39,161 nt of DNA from a virus. Taxonomy: Duplodnaviria; Caudoviricetes. A program made the translations under genes and the position numbers. The notes beneath the pieces were generated by a model that saw only the letters and a program-made list of their open reading frames with translations, was not told the DNA's origin and searched no databases. Where the stretch lies: the IMG/VR virus record IMGVR_UViG_3300038334_000131, positions 1 through 39,161 of that record; one strand, 5' to 3'. Positions 17,585-26,847 of the stretch are shown one piece after another (the first letter of the stretch is position 1; each line of letters opens with the position of its first letter).

Positions 17585-18559
17585 TTAATCCGCTTTCACG
17601 TTTTTAGGTTCACTACCGTACTGGGATTTAAAAAGCTTAATGTACTTAGGCTTGTCGTTAAGCTTCATTTGCTCAACAGCCTTTGGGTCTTTTTCCATGT
17701 AGTCCGAAAGCTTCCAGTCCTTACGGCTTTCTGCTTCCTCATCACCTTCGCCAGTCTCGGGAACGTCACTAAGCTTTTTGTAAGTCGGCAAAGCTTTTAC
17801 CGCTGCGGTAGCGGCTTCTTTGTTCGATTCAAAAAGGGTTAGGTAAGTAGTCTTTTGCTCGTCGGTAAGCTTACGCGCCGGGTCGTTTAAAAGGGTTTCA
17901 AACTCTTTTTTCCCATGACTGGCCAGCTTGGTCTCAAGCTCGTTTTTTTGCGTGGTTAACGTTTCCACCTCGGCGGTTTTGTCCGCCAGTTTTTTAGACA
18001 CCGCTTCGTGCTCGCTATGAACACGCTGAACAGCTTCTAAAATAGCATCCTCGCTGGCGCTGTCGCTCAGCTTTAAAAACAATGCAAGTTTTTTCATGTC
18101 GTTTTCTTTGATTAAATTGTTTTTATTGAAATCGGAAAGTTTGAACTCGTTATTTTGACTGTCAACCAGCTTAATGGCATCGGTATCGCCAGCTATGTCA
18201 ACCAGGCTGCCCTCTTTAAGCACCCACTTTGTTACGGTTGGCGCCGTTTGGCCTTCAAGTCTAAGCTTTGGGTCTTCACTCCACTCTAATGGTTGAACCC
18301 AAATAGACGCCATGTTAATCATGTCATCCTCATAAAGCTTCTTGTAGTGGCGACCTTCATCGGTATCAGCAAAAACAGGCTCGGCGGTAATCTTGCCATC
18401 CTCTATTTTCACATCTTTCCATTTGCCAATTATTTTGCCGCGAATGTGCATCCACAGCATTACCGGGTTTTTGGTGAAAAGCTTTAGGTCGGCACCGCCA
18501 ACCAAAACGCGGTAACCATAAACATTTACACCTTCTGTACACAAAATAATTCGTCTCAT
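17585..18559 (-). CDS. Prohead protease/scaffold
   Basis: NVYGYRV, FTKNPVMLWMH, IGKW, MAS, LKEGSLVDI HK97-type protease motifs; helical scaffold C-terminus starting near MKKLALFL. Confidence 0.88.
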   Translation of the reverse strand: MRRIILCTEGVNVYGYRVLVGGADLKLFTKNPVMLWMHIRGKIIGKWKDVKIEDGKITAEPVFADTDEGRHYKKLYEDDMINMASIWVQPLEWSEDPKLRLEGQTAPTVTKWVLKEGSLVDIAGDTDAIKLVDSQNNEFKLSDFNKNNLIKENDMKKLALFLKLSDSASEDAILEAVQRVHSEHEAVSKKLADKTAEVETLTTQKNELETKLASHGKKEFETLLNDPARKLTDEQKTTYLTLFESNKEAATAAVKALPTYKKLSDVPETGEGDEEAESRKDWKLSDYMEKDPKAVEQMKLNDKPKYIKLFKSQYGSEPKNVKAD

Positions 18560-18583
18560 TTCGTTTTTCGATTAAATTCTAAG

Positions 18584-18716
18584 CAAATATGAGGGGCTTT
18601 TTTAAGGCTTAAAAATCGGTTTCACATCATACCGCAGCCGGGCGGGTATTATACCGCAGCCGTGCGGGTATCATAAAAAAGCAATTTGAAAACCCACTTT
18701 ATAAAGGTGAATTTTG
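18584..18716. promoter_or_regulatory. Divergent late promoter region with central 22 bp tandem repeat
   Basis: ATACCGCAGCCG(G/T)GCGGGTAT(T/C) x2 at 18629-18672; degenerate -7 boxes CATATTTG (minus, 18584-18591) and GAATTTTG (plus, 18709-18716, with TTTG at 18685-18688). Confidence 0.7.
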
Positions 18717-18738
18717 AGCAGTATTTAATAGTAATTAT

Positions 18739-19191
18739 ATGGCTGCACTTACCAACAAACAAAAGAAAGACTGGGCTAAACTCCTGTTTTTAAAGGAGAA
18801 TTTAACGCAAAAAGAAATTGCCGAGCGCGTTGGCGTTACCGAAAAAACAATAAGCAACTGGGTTAACGACAAAAAGGAAAACTGGGAGATGCTTAAAAGC
18901 TCGGTAATTGTTACAAAAAGCGAGGAACTCCGGCGCATTTACATGCAGATAAACGAGCTTAACACCTTTATTGCAACCCGTGAACCAGGGCAGCGTTTCG
19001 CAAATTCTAAAGAGGCCGACTCGCTGAATAAGCTGGCAGCAACCGTCCGGGCACTTGAAACCGATGTGGCTATAGCCGATGTCATTGAGGTATTCAAGCG
19101 GTTTACCGAATGGCTCCGGGCGGTCGACCTCGACAAGGCAAAGGATGTGATTCGGCTCGAAGATGACTTTATTAAACACCTTTTAAAGTAA
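18739..19191 (+). CDS. Terminase small subunit-like HTH protein
   Basis: LTQKEIAERVGVTEKTISNW HTH directly upstream of large terminase. Confidence 0.8.
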   Translation: MAALTNKQKKDWAKLLFLKENLTQKEIAERVGVTEKTISNWVNDKKENWEMLKSSVIVTKSEELRRIYMQINELNTFIATREPGQRFANSKEADSLNKLAATVRALETDVAIADVIEVFKRFTEWLRAVDLDKAKDVIRLEDDFIKHLLK

Positions 19192-19195
19192 TGCC

Positions 19196-20728
19196 ATGCA
19201 AGTATTAAAAGCCGACGACAAAAGAGCCCTGCTCGATTGGAGCGAGTACCGCGAGAACCTGATAAAACTCACAAGTGTTGAGTATGAGCCTGAAGAAGCA
19301 AAACGAGTGCGTATTAAACATCTCGAAAAGAACCCAGAGGAATGGTTTAAATACTACTTTCCGAACTATGCCTATGCCGAGCCTGCCGAGTTTCACAAAA
19401 AGGCTACCAAGCGGATAATGTCAAACGACAACTGGTACGAGGTAAGGGCATGGAGCCGCGAGCTGGCAAAAAGCACCCGGGGCATGATGGAGTTTATTTT
19501 TATGGCAATGACCGGGAAACTAAAAAACATTGTACTGGTTTCACACTCTTACGACCAGGCCGAAATCCTTTTAAAGCCGTTCAAAATTAACTTCGAAAGC
19601 AACCAACGGCTTATAAACGACTATGGTATACAAGAAAAACCCGGTGAGTGGACAAGCGGTCTTTTCGTAATTCGCGCGGGCTGCTCTTTTTGCGCTATTG
19701 GTTCAGGTCAAAGTCCCAGGGGTTTTAAAAACGAAGAAATAAGGCCCGACGGCATTTTGATAGACGACATCGACACCGACGAGGAAGCCAGGAACCCCGA
19801 GCGAATTAAAACAAAATGGAAGTGGATTGAGGAAGCCCTGTTTTTCTCCATGTCGGTTAGTAAGCGCAAGCTCATTCTTTTCCTGGGTAACATTATCGGA
19901 AAGGACACTTGTATTACTCGGGCTATTAAAAAAGCTGATTACGCCTCAATTGTAAACATCCGCGACAAAAACGGGATTAGCTCCTGGGCCGCCAAAAATA
20001 CCGAGGAGGCAATTGACTGGATGCTTAATAAGGTAAGTTATGCAGCCGGGCAAAAAGAGTTTTTTAATAATCCTATTAGCGAGGGTTCTGTTTTTAAAGA
20101 AATGCGCTGGGGTAAGGTTCCTCCGCTATCAAAATTTCCGTTTTTGCTTAAATACGGCGACCCGGCCCCAAGCAACAAAGAGAATAAGTCCAACAGCAAC
20201 AAGGCTAACTTGCTCCTGGGGATGCTCGGCGGAAAACTGTATGTGATTACAGGTTACCTGGAGCAGGTTACAAACTCAAAATTTGTAAACTGGTACTGGG
20301 ACTTAGAGGATTATGTAAAAGGTAAAAACATTACCTATAATTACATAGAAAACAATAGCCTGCAAGACCCTTTTTATGAGCAGGTCTTCTTGCCCCTGTT
20401 TAAAGAAACTGCCATTACACGGCAAAAGGCTATTTATCCAACGCCCGACGAGCGCAAAAAACCCGACAAATTTACTCGCATCGAGGGAAACCTGGAACCT
20501 TTGAATCGTTTGGGAAACCTTATACTAAACGAGGCGGAGCGCAATAACCCACACATGCTGCGGCTCGAAGAGCAGTTTAAGCTGGTAGAGCCCACCTTAA
20601 GCGCCAATGTCGACGGCCCCGACGCTGTGGAAGGTGGTTATTGGGTTATTTTAACCAAGCTTAAGGTGGTAAAAAAAGAAGACATTGCAACCGGCCCCCG
20701 TGGCCGTCAATCAGGTAACCGGTACTAA
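19196..20728 (+). CDS. Terminase large subunit
   Basis: WSRELAKST (Walker A variant), GQSPRG, ILIDDID (Walker B), DGPDAVEG nuclease motif. Confidence 0.92.
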   Translation: MQVLKADDKRALLDWSEYRENLIKLTSVEYEPEEAKRVRIKHLEKNPEEWFKYYFPNYAYAEPAEFHKKATKRIMSNDNWYEVRAWSRELAKSTRGMMEFIFMAMTGKLKNIVLVSHSYDQAEILLKPFKINFESNQRLINDYGIQEKPGEWTSGLFVIRAGCSFCAIGSGQSPRGFKNEEIRPDGILIDDIDTDEEARNPERIKTKWKWIEEALFFSMSVSKRKLILFLGNIIGKDTCITRAIKKADYASIVNIRDKNGISSWAAKNTEEAIDWMLNKVSYAAGQKEFFNNPISEGSVFKEMRWGKVPPLSKFPFLLKYGDPAPSNKENKSNSNKANLLLGMLGGKLYVITGYLEQVTNSKFVNWYWDLEDYVKGKNITYNYIENNSLQDPFYEQVFLPLFKETAITRQKAIYPTPDERKKPDKFTRIEGNLEPLNRLGNLILNEAERNNPHMLRLEEQFKLVEPTLSANVDGPDAVEGGYWVILTKLKVVKKEDIATGPRGRQSGNRY

Positions 20729-20742
20729 TTAATAATACTATT

Positions 20743-21027
20743 ATGGCAAAACTTTCAGCAGTAGAAAAAAAAACCAACTCGCCCGACTTTCTTTTTCATT
20801 GTCCGGGCTGTGGTTATTCGCATGGTGTTTGGACTACCCGGCTACCTGGCGAAAATCATCCCCTTTGGCAATTTAACGGCGACATAAACAACCCAACCAT
20901 AAGCCCCAGCTTATTGGTTCGCGGCCAGTTTATCTGTCATTCGTTTATTCGCTCGGGAAAAATTCAATTCCTTAACGACTGTACGCATCATTTAGCCGGT
21001 CAAACCATCGACATGCAGGATGTCTAA
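20743..21027 (+). CDS. Cys/His-rich small protein (DUF6527-like)
   Basis: CPGCGYSH, WQFNGD..PTISPSLL, CHSFI..G.IQFL.DCTH. Confidence 0.75.
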   Translation: MAKLSAVEKKTNSPDFLFHCPGCGYSHGVWTTRLPGENHPLWQFNGDINNPTISPSLLVRGQFICHSFIRSGKIQFLNDCTHHLAGQTIDMQDV

Positions 21028-21059
21028 AGTCTAAATTCTAACATCTAAACTCTAAAAAA

Positions 21060-21473
21060 ATGGCATTCATTGAAGAAACAGATTTAGCCCGGGCAATGCG
21101 CCAGGAATACATCGACGAAATTAAGCGCACCGACGATGCGCTGATACCTCACTGCACAGGCTCGGCCATTGCCGAAATGAAAACATACCTGCGCGAAACC
21201 TACGATGTCGACACCATTTTTGCAAAAACAGCAGCCCAACGAAATAGCCTGCTGGTAACCTTTGCCGTCGATATAGCCATATACAACCTTATCGAGGCCG
21301 TGCCCGTGGGTGTCGATGTGGAACAGCGGCGACTGAGGTACAAGCGGGCTATCGACTGGCTTATCGGTGTGCAAAAGCAAAACATTATGCCCGATTTGCC
21401 TATACTGGCAGATTCGCCGGCGCAAAGCGCTATAATTATAAAATCAGTTGAGCGGCGCGAACTGCGCTATTAA
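21060..21473 (+). CDS. Mu gp36-like head-tail adaptor
   Basis: AIAEMKTYL, DIAIYNL, RYKRAIDWL...PDLP. Confidence 0.85.
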   Translation: MAFIEETDLARAMRQEYIDEIKRTDDALIPHCTGSAIAEMKTYLRETYDVDTIFAKTAAQRNSLLVTFAVDIAIYNLIEAVPVGVDVEQRRLRYKRAIDWLIGVQKQNIMPDLPILADSPAQSAIIIKSVERRELRY

Positions 21474-21543
21474 ATTTAGCTTAAACAAGTGTTTAATACC
21501 GTTCAAAATTAATTTAACCACCCCTTAAAACACATTCGTAGCC

Positions 21544-22824
21544 ATGGCAGAAAGAAACGCTAAAAAAACGCCCTCAGAGGGCATTTTAATACAAACCCTC
21601 GATATTAAGCAGATAAACCGCAGTAATGTCGACATTAAACGCTGGCGCGATGCGCTAAAAGCAGCCGAGGGAACCACTGAAAATCGTAAGCTCTTATACG
21701 AGTTGTACGACGACATGATACTCGACGGCCACTTGCGATCTGTTATGAATAAGCGCATCATGTCTATTACCAATACCGACCTGGTATTTATGAAAGACGG
21801 CAAGGAGGTAGAGGAAATGTGGCCGGTAATAAACTCAAAGGAGTTTAAAAAGGTACTCCGGTACATTATCGAGGCAAAGCTATACGGCCACAGCACGGTT
21901 GAATTTACAGCCGGTAACGAAATGGACTTTACTGCTGACCTAATCGACCGCCGCCACGTTAAACCGCGCATGGGCCTCGTGGTTAAAAGTACCGGCGACA
22001 CCACCGGCGAAGCTTTTCGCGAGCCACCTTACAATAACTTTGTGCTCGAGGTGGGCGGTAAAAAAGACTTTGGCCTGTTATTACAGGCTTCGCAGTATGT
22101 TATTTACAAACGCGGGGCGCTGGGCGACTATGCCGACTACCTGCAACTATTTGGCGTTCCATTCCGCCACGCGAAGTACGAGAACCCCGAGTCGCGCAAG
22201 GTAATTGACGAGGCTATGGCTAACATGGGCTCTGCTGGCTGGGCCAGTACCCCTAAAGATGTTGAAATAAATATACTGCGGGCCGAAGGGGCCACCGGGG
22301 CAAACCTTATTTTCAAAGGCTTTATTAAAGATGTTTGCAACGACGAGATTAGCGTTACCATCCTGGGGCAAACCATGACCACCAGCGACAGCAAAAACTC
22401 AGGTTTTGCCCAGGGCGTTGTACATGCCGGTGTCGAGAGTCAGATACACGCCGACGACCGCCGCGACACGCTGGCCGTTTTAAACTCCGACGTGGTTCGC
22501 ATTTTGGCTAACCTGGGCTTTCCAACCGAGGGCGGTGAGTTTATTTATCCCGATATCGATACGCTAAGCCTGAAAGATCGGATCGACATCGATACCAAAG
22601 CCGCCGGGCTGGTTGAGTTGCCTAAGCGCTATATTTACGATAAATATAGCATTCCAATGCCCGAGGGCGGCGAGGAAACAACCGGCGGGCAGCAGCCCTC
22701 AGAATCTCAAAAACCCGAAGCGCAAAAAAAAGCTAAAAAGCTAAGCCACCACGATATTATTGAGGCCGAGCTGGTAGACGAAAAAGGCTTTTGGAAAAAA
22801 CTGGGAGAGCTCCTTTTTTCGTAG
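21544..22824 (+). CDS. Portal protein (Mu gp29/DUF935-like)
   Basis: LYDDMILDGHL, FGVPFRHAKY, EISVTILGQTMTT, QGVVH. Confidence 0.92.
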   Translation: MAERNAKKTPSEGILIQTLDIKQINRSNVDIKRWRDALKAAEGTTENRKLLYELYDDMILDGHLRSVMNKRIMSITNTDLVFMKDGKEVEEMWPVINSKEFKKVLRYIIEAKLYGHSTVEFTAGNEMDFTADLIDRRHVKPRMGLVVKSTGDTTGEAFREPPYNNFVLEVGGKKDFGLLLQASQYVIYKRGALGDYADYLQLFGVPFRHAKYENPESRKVIDEAMANMGSAGWASTPKDVEINILRAEGATGANLIFKGFIKDVCNDEISVTILGQTMTTSDSKNSGFAQGVVHAGVESQIHADDRRDTLAVLNSDVVRILANLGFPTEGGEFIYPDIDTLSLKDRIDIDTKAAGLVELPKRYIYDKYSIPMPEGGEETTGGQQPSESQKPEAQKKAKKLSHHDIIEAELVDEKGFWKKLGELLFS

Positions 22825-23701
22825 TAACCCCGCCAAGGTTGGCACCGGAAGCGGGGAGCACAGTCACAGCCACAAGCTGGCCGACAAGCCAAAAGGACTA
22901 AAAACAAAAGGCTATGCCGCCTTTAATGCAAAAATTGAGGACATTCTTGAACAGCTTTTAAGCGGTAGTTTAAAACCTCAAGACCTCGACTTTGATTTGT
23001 GGGAAACAACCGTTCAAAACCTGTTAAATGCTGGTTCAAGCGGGTACGGTCAAAGCTTTATAAACATCGATAACGACCTGCCCGATGTGGAAATGATTAA
23101 GAAGCTGAAAGAAAACATTTACCGCTTTGCAGGCTTCAAAACACACAACCATTTGGTGGCATTAAACAAACTGCTTATTGGCGACAACGGGCAAATGGTT
23201 CCTTACAACGAGTTCCGCAAAAAAGCCCAGGAATACCGGCAAAAAGCGCTTAAGGTAAACGACCTTTACAACGAGGCGCATCTGTACACCGAGTACCAAA
23301 CGGCACTTATCCAAAGCCAACACGCGGCAGAGTGGCAACGTTTTGAGGCCGATAAGGATATTTTTCCGTATTTAAAATTCAATAAAACGCCAAACGAGTA
23401 CGACCGCCACAAAAAGTACGACGGGCTTGTTTTTGCCATCGACGACCCCATACTCGACGCATTAAGCCCGCAGTTAGACTGGGGGTGTGAGTGTTATTTA
23501 ACCCAGGAGGAAAAAAAGCCAAAGCGGCAGCAGGTTCCCGAGGTTAACGACGTGCCCGCAGAGTTCGCTTCAAATGTGGGAAAAACCGGGGAGGCTTTTA
23601 ACGAAAAACACAATTATTTTAAAGTCGAAAAAGGAGCTAAAACCACTATTGAAAAGAATTTGAACACTTTTATAACTGACTTTGAAAAGCGGAAAAAGTA
23701 A
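22814..23701 (+). CDS. MuF-like minor head protein, probably expressed as a frameshift fusion to portal
   Basis: FAGFKTH, LYTEYQTA, FPYLKF, PQLDWGCEC; frame is open from 22778 with no ATG/GTG/TTG before 22997. Confidence 0.85.
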   Translation, partial: FFRSNPAKVGTGSGEHSHSHKLADKPKGLKTKGYAAFNAKIEDILEQLLSGSLKPQDLDFDLWETTVQNLLNAGSSGYGQSFINIDNDLPDVEMIKKLKENIYRFAGFKTHNHLVALNKLLIGDNGQMVPYNEFRKKAQEYRQKALKVNDLYNEAHLYTEYQTALIQSQHAAEWQRFEADKDIFPYLKFNKTPNEYDRHKKYDGLVFAIDDPILDALSPQLDWGCECYLTQEEKKPKRQQVPEVNDVPAEFASNVGKTGEAFNEKHNYFKVEKGAKTTIEKNLNTFITDFEKRKK

Positions 23702-24225
23702 TGCCAGGCAAACAGGTTAATATGAATCACTTTGGCGCTCACCTGCGCAAAACACTCGACAAAGCCCCGCGGGTTATTGGCGTAATGGCGCTAAACCATT
23801 TTAAAGAGAGCTTTAAAATGCAGCAGTTTAACAATCCCGGCTCACCGCGATGGGAGCCAACCAAAAGCGGCAAAAGCAGTGGTATTCTAATTGGTAAACA
23901 AAGCGGTGCCCTGCGTAACAGCGGCCAGGTACTTCAGGCCGATTTAAAGCTCATTCGCGTGGGGTTCCTGCGCCCTTACGCAAACACACACAACCGCGGC
24001 GGGGTAGTGCATCCGCGGGTAACGCCTCAAATGCGAAAGTTTGCCTGGGCCAAACATTACAGTGCAAGAACCAACGACGAAAAAGAGAAGTGGAAAGGCC
24101 TGGCGCTAACTAAAAAAACACGATTAACCATTAAAATACCAAAGCGCCAGTTTGTAGGCCCCAGCCGCAGCCTGAACGTAAAGGTTAACGCCTGGCTTTC
24201 GTCAAACCTCGATTATCGGGGCTAA
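23701..24225 (+). CDS. Virion morphogenesis protein (Mu gpG-like)
   Basis: SGALRNS, PYANTHNRGG, IKIPKRQFVG. Confidence 0.85.
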   Translation: MPGKQVNMNHFGAHLRKTLDKAPRVIGVMALNHFKESFKMQQFNNPGSPRWEPTKSGKSSGILIGKQSGALRNSGQVLQADLKLIRVGFLRPYANTHNRGGVVHPRVTPQMRKFAWAKHYSARTNDEKEKWKGLALTKKTRLTIKIPKRQFVGPSRSLNVKVNAWLSSNLDYRG

Positions 24226-24247
24226 CTATTAACTAAACACTATTATT

Positions 24248-24676
24248 ATGGACTTAATTAAAATCATTTACGAGGCCATTCGCGACCGGCTTAAAGCCGA
24301 GGTTCCGGCCATTGTTTTTATCGACGAGGATAACGACCAGCTCGATTATGAGGAGCCGCCCGTTTCGTTCCCCTGTGCCCTGGTCGATGTGTTGGATTTA
24401 AACTACGACTCAACCGAGGACTTTTTCGCCTCGGGAACCGTGCTGGTAAAAGTAACCTTTGCCTTTAAAAGTTTCCTGCCTACCGACAGCCTTACTCCCT
24501 CGGCTGAAGCTTTTGCCTGGAGCCCGACACTGGCCGGCGGTATAAGTGCAATAAACGGCTATGAGCCGGCCAATTCAACCGGCTTTATTAAGCAGGGGTA
24601 CACCCGGGTAAAGCGCCCAGGGTTAAAAGTGTACGAGGCCCGCTTTAACATCAACTTTGCCGGACGCAATGTATAA
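24248..24676 (+). CDS. Tail terminator-like protein
   Basis: IDEDNDQLD..PPVSFPCALVD; position after gpG. Confidence 0.7.
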   Translation: MDLIKIIYEAIRDRLKAEVPAIVFIDEDNDQLDYEEPPVSFPCALVDVLDLNYDSTEDFFASGTVLVKVTFAFKSFLPTDSLTPSAEAFAWSPTLAGGISAINGYEPANSTGFIKQGYTRVKRPGLKVYEARFNINFAGRNV

Positions 24677-24809
24677 TTATTGTATTACATACCGGGCGCC
24701 AAACACAAGCCGAAACGGGCTAATGAATTGGAGAGCTGGCTCACAGCAAGAGGCCGAGGATAATTTTAAGCGGGTTTACCCAAATTATGAGCTAATTGAT
24801 ATTGTATAA
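24669..24809 (+). CDS. Small 46 aa hypothetical protein (not in ORF track)
   Basis: MYNYCITYRAPNTSRNGLMNWRAGSQQEAEDNFKRVYPNYELIDIV*; overlaps the upstream stop and ends at the terminator. Confidence 0.55.
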   Translation: MYNYCITYRAPNTSRNGLMNWRAGSQQEAEDNFKRVYPNYELIDIV

Positions 24810-24838
24810 AAAAAGCCCCGACAATTGCCGGGGCTTTT
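24808..24838. terminator. Bidirectional intrinsic terminator
   Basis: AAAAGCCCCG-loop-CGGGGCTTTT between convergent genes. Confidence 0.85.
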
Positions 24839-24852
24839 AAAGTTATATTTAG

Positions 24853-25155
24853 TTATGGCGTATACATGCCGAGTACCTGTTTAATCGTTTCGTCACTATA
24901 TATAAAAGCCTCATTAAGTTGTTCCATCTGGATCGAATCAGAACATTCTAACATGTGGTTAGCTAATTCTTGTCGGTAAGCTAGAATTTGTTTTAAACTT
25001 TCTGTTGTTTGCTCAATGTCCATTGCTGATGCTATATGTATGCGATTAAGTTCTCCTACTCGTGTAGACCGTGTCTTTTCTTCCGCATCAGAAGTACGCG
25101 CAATAACACTTTGCATGGCATGCCTATGCAGTTGTTCTAATCTAGTTGTATCCAT
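24853..25155 (-). CDS. Hypothetical protein
   Basis: 100 aa helical ORF with AT-rich initiation region. Confidence 0.6.
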   Translation of the reverse strand: MDTTRLEQLHRHAMQSVIARTSDAEEKTRSTRVGELNRIHIASAMDIEQTTESLKQILAYRQELANHMLECSDSIQMEQLNEAFIYSDETIKQVLGMYTP

Positions 25156-25205
25156 AACTCAAAATTTTATTAGTGCAAATTAGTGTAATTAGTGGCAAAA
25201 AACAA

Positions 25206-25511
25206 TTAATCCCAAACAAACCACGCAAACTCTTTTTTCAGTTCCCTGGGCTCGGGCTTGGTGTTCATAAAGTTGTCCAGCAAAGGCTTATTCTCATTCA
25301 ATAAGTCAACTATGCGCGATTCGCTAATAAAAAACTCCTCATTAAGGCTCGACAAAATGTCGTCGAATCGCTTTCGCTTAATGTGCATGTGGTAATAAAA
25401 GCGGGCGCTAAGCAGATTATTACGCCGGGTAATCTCAACCGCGCTGCGGCCTTTGCCTTTTGGCGGTGCAGTCTCTAAATAGGTGTCATATAAATTTTTA
25501 AGCCCTCGCAT
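25206..25511 (-). CDS. Putative late/middle transcription regulator (Mor/C-like position)
   Basis: C-terminal HTH LSSLNEEFFISESRIVDLL; lies at the end of the early region. Confidence 0.6.
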   Translation of the reverse strand: MRGLKNLYDTYLETAPPKGKGRSAVEITRRNNLLSARFYYHMHIKRKRFDDILSSLNEEFFISESRIVDLLNENKPLLDNFMNTKPEPRELKKEFAWFVWD

Positions 25512-25610
25512 GAAACAAAAATAGCAGCTTTTCGTCTACATATTGTAGATTACAGTCCAATTTTTTACTTAACTTTACATTAAAATATTAACAATTAAAC
25601 TATTAATAAC

Positions 25611-26048
25611 ATGAAAAAATTGATTTTACTAGCGCTAACAGCCGCATTATTTAGCTGCTCAACACAGCTCGACTATCTGAGAACTGAGCCCGAAAGGGTA
25701 AATTACAGCTTTTTGGATTTTTCAAAGTACGCCCAAAAGGGCTTTTACTTTTCGCCCAGGGATATTACTACGAACTACAAAGTTCTGGGCGAAATAAGCG
25801 TCACCATCCAAAACAAAACGGTAGTATACTTCGACCGCGTTGCTTTTGAACGCATGAACCGCGAAGGGTACCAAGCCGACTCTTTAGCGTACATGTCGTT
25901 CGACTACGTTAATAAGCCCATCGCAAGTTTGTTCGACAAGGCTTATGAGGTTTGTGTAAAAAAAGGGGGAAACGGGCTGCTGTTTTATAAAATAGAATCG
26001 GCATTAGGCTCCCAATCAATAACGGGCACATTAATAAAAACCGAATAA
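25611..26048 (+). CDS. Lipoprotein moron
   Basis: MKKLILLALTAALFSC lipobox; opposite strand to neighbours; own terminator. Confidence 0.85.
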   Translation: MKKLILLALTAALFSCSTQLDYLRTEPERVNYSFLDFSKYAQKGFYFSPRDITTNYKVLGEISVTIQNKTVVYFDRVAFERMNREGYQADSLAYMSFDYVNKPIASLFDKAYEVCVKKGGNGLLFYKIESALGSQSITGTLIKTE

Positions 26049-26086
26049 AAAGAAAACCCCTCACAATTTGCGAGGGGTTTTCTTTT
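26047..26086. terminator. Bidirectional intrinsic terminator
   Basis: AAAAGAAAACCCCTC...GAGGGGTTTTCTTTT. Confidence 0.88.
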
Positions 26087-26330
26087 AACTGTCGGCGGCT
26101 TGCCTGTTAAACTGTTCCCAGTCGGTTTCGGCAGCCACCTTTTTAAGCGTGGCTGTTTTTGTTTTTAACTTGCCTATCTCCGATTCGTGCATGGGGAAAT
26201 TTGCGCTTAAATAAGTCCGCTGCATTTCGCCCATGTCGCTTAAATCAACAAACCTGGTCAGGTGCTTATTCTCGTATTCAAAAACAAGTTTACCCTCAAA
26301 AAGCTCGCTGCTTAGTTCGTACACCGGCAT
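26085..26330 (-). CDS. Hypothetical phage protein
   Basis: Tightly packed early-operon ORF. Confidence 0.7.
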   Translation of the reverse strand: MPVYELSSELFEGKLVFEYENKHLTRFVDLSDMGEMQRTYLSANFPMHESEIGKLKTKTATLKKVAAETDWEQFNRQAADS

Positions 26331-26333
26331 AAG

Positions 26334-26654
26334 CTAATAGTACATGTACCACTTAAACCGCTCGGTTTTCTCAAGCTTTATAGACCACCTGCCCGGGCGG
26401 CTGTTAAAGGTGCTTCGCCACACGCCTACAAAACCATACCAGGCACCGGCTAAAATGCCGCGCACTACATTTAACACAAAAAGCAGCCACACAAAGGGGC
26501 TGTACCAACGTAGCTTAACCTTCCAGGTGTACTCGGTTGCATCTACACCTTTTAGTGTCGAATTCCGCTTGTCTAACAAAATTGGCTTTACTATTAAAGC
26601 CACAAAAAACGCTCTAATTCTCTTTTTCATATAATCTATTTTAAAGTTAATCAC
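26334..26654 (-). CDS. Hypothetical membrane protein
   Basis: Hydrophobic segment; packed in operon. Confidence 0.6.
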   Translation of the reverse strand: MINFKIDYMKKRIRAFFVALIVKPILLDKRNSTLKGVDATEYTWKVKLRWYSPFVWLLFVLNVVRGILAGAWYGFVGVWRSTFNSRPGRWSIKLEKTERFKWYMYY

Positions 26655-26847
26655 CTAATAATTCAATAAACTTTCGGTTCCTTATAATCTTTTCCTGGTT
26701 ATCAAACAGGAACTTAGTGTCGTGGTACCGCTTCGAGTTCGGGATCGTGTGCCTTATGTCGTCGGCAAGCTCCTCCAAATAAGCCTGCATCTCAGTCCAG
26801 TTACTTTCGGCCTCGGCCTCATAAATTTTAGTTAATATATTTCCCAT
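26647..26847 (-). CDS. Hypothetical protein
   Basis: Start overlaps the upstream stop codon. Confidence 0.65.
   Translation of the reverse strand: MGNILTKIYEAEAESNWTEMQAYLEELADDIRHTIPNSKRYHDTKFLFDNQEKIIRNRKFIELLGD

Noticed and set aside
18626-18675. CRISPR mini-array
   Set aside because: Repeats are directly adjacent with no spacers, and no cas genes are present
18739-24809. Plus-strand head block as an invertible segment
   Set aside because: No flanking inverted repeats or invertase seen; divergent promoters and a bidirectional terminator explain the layout
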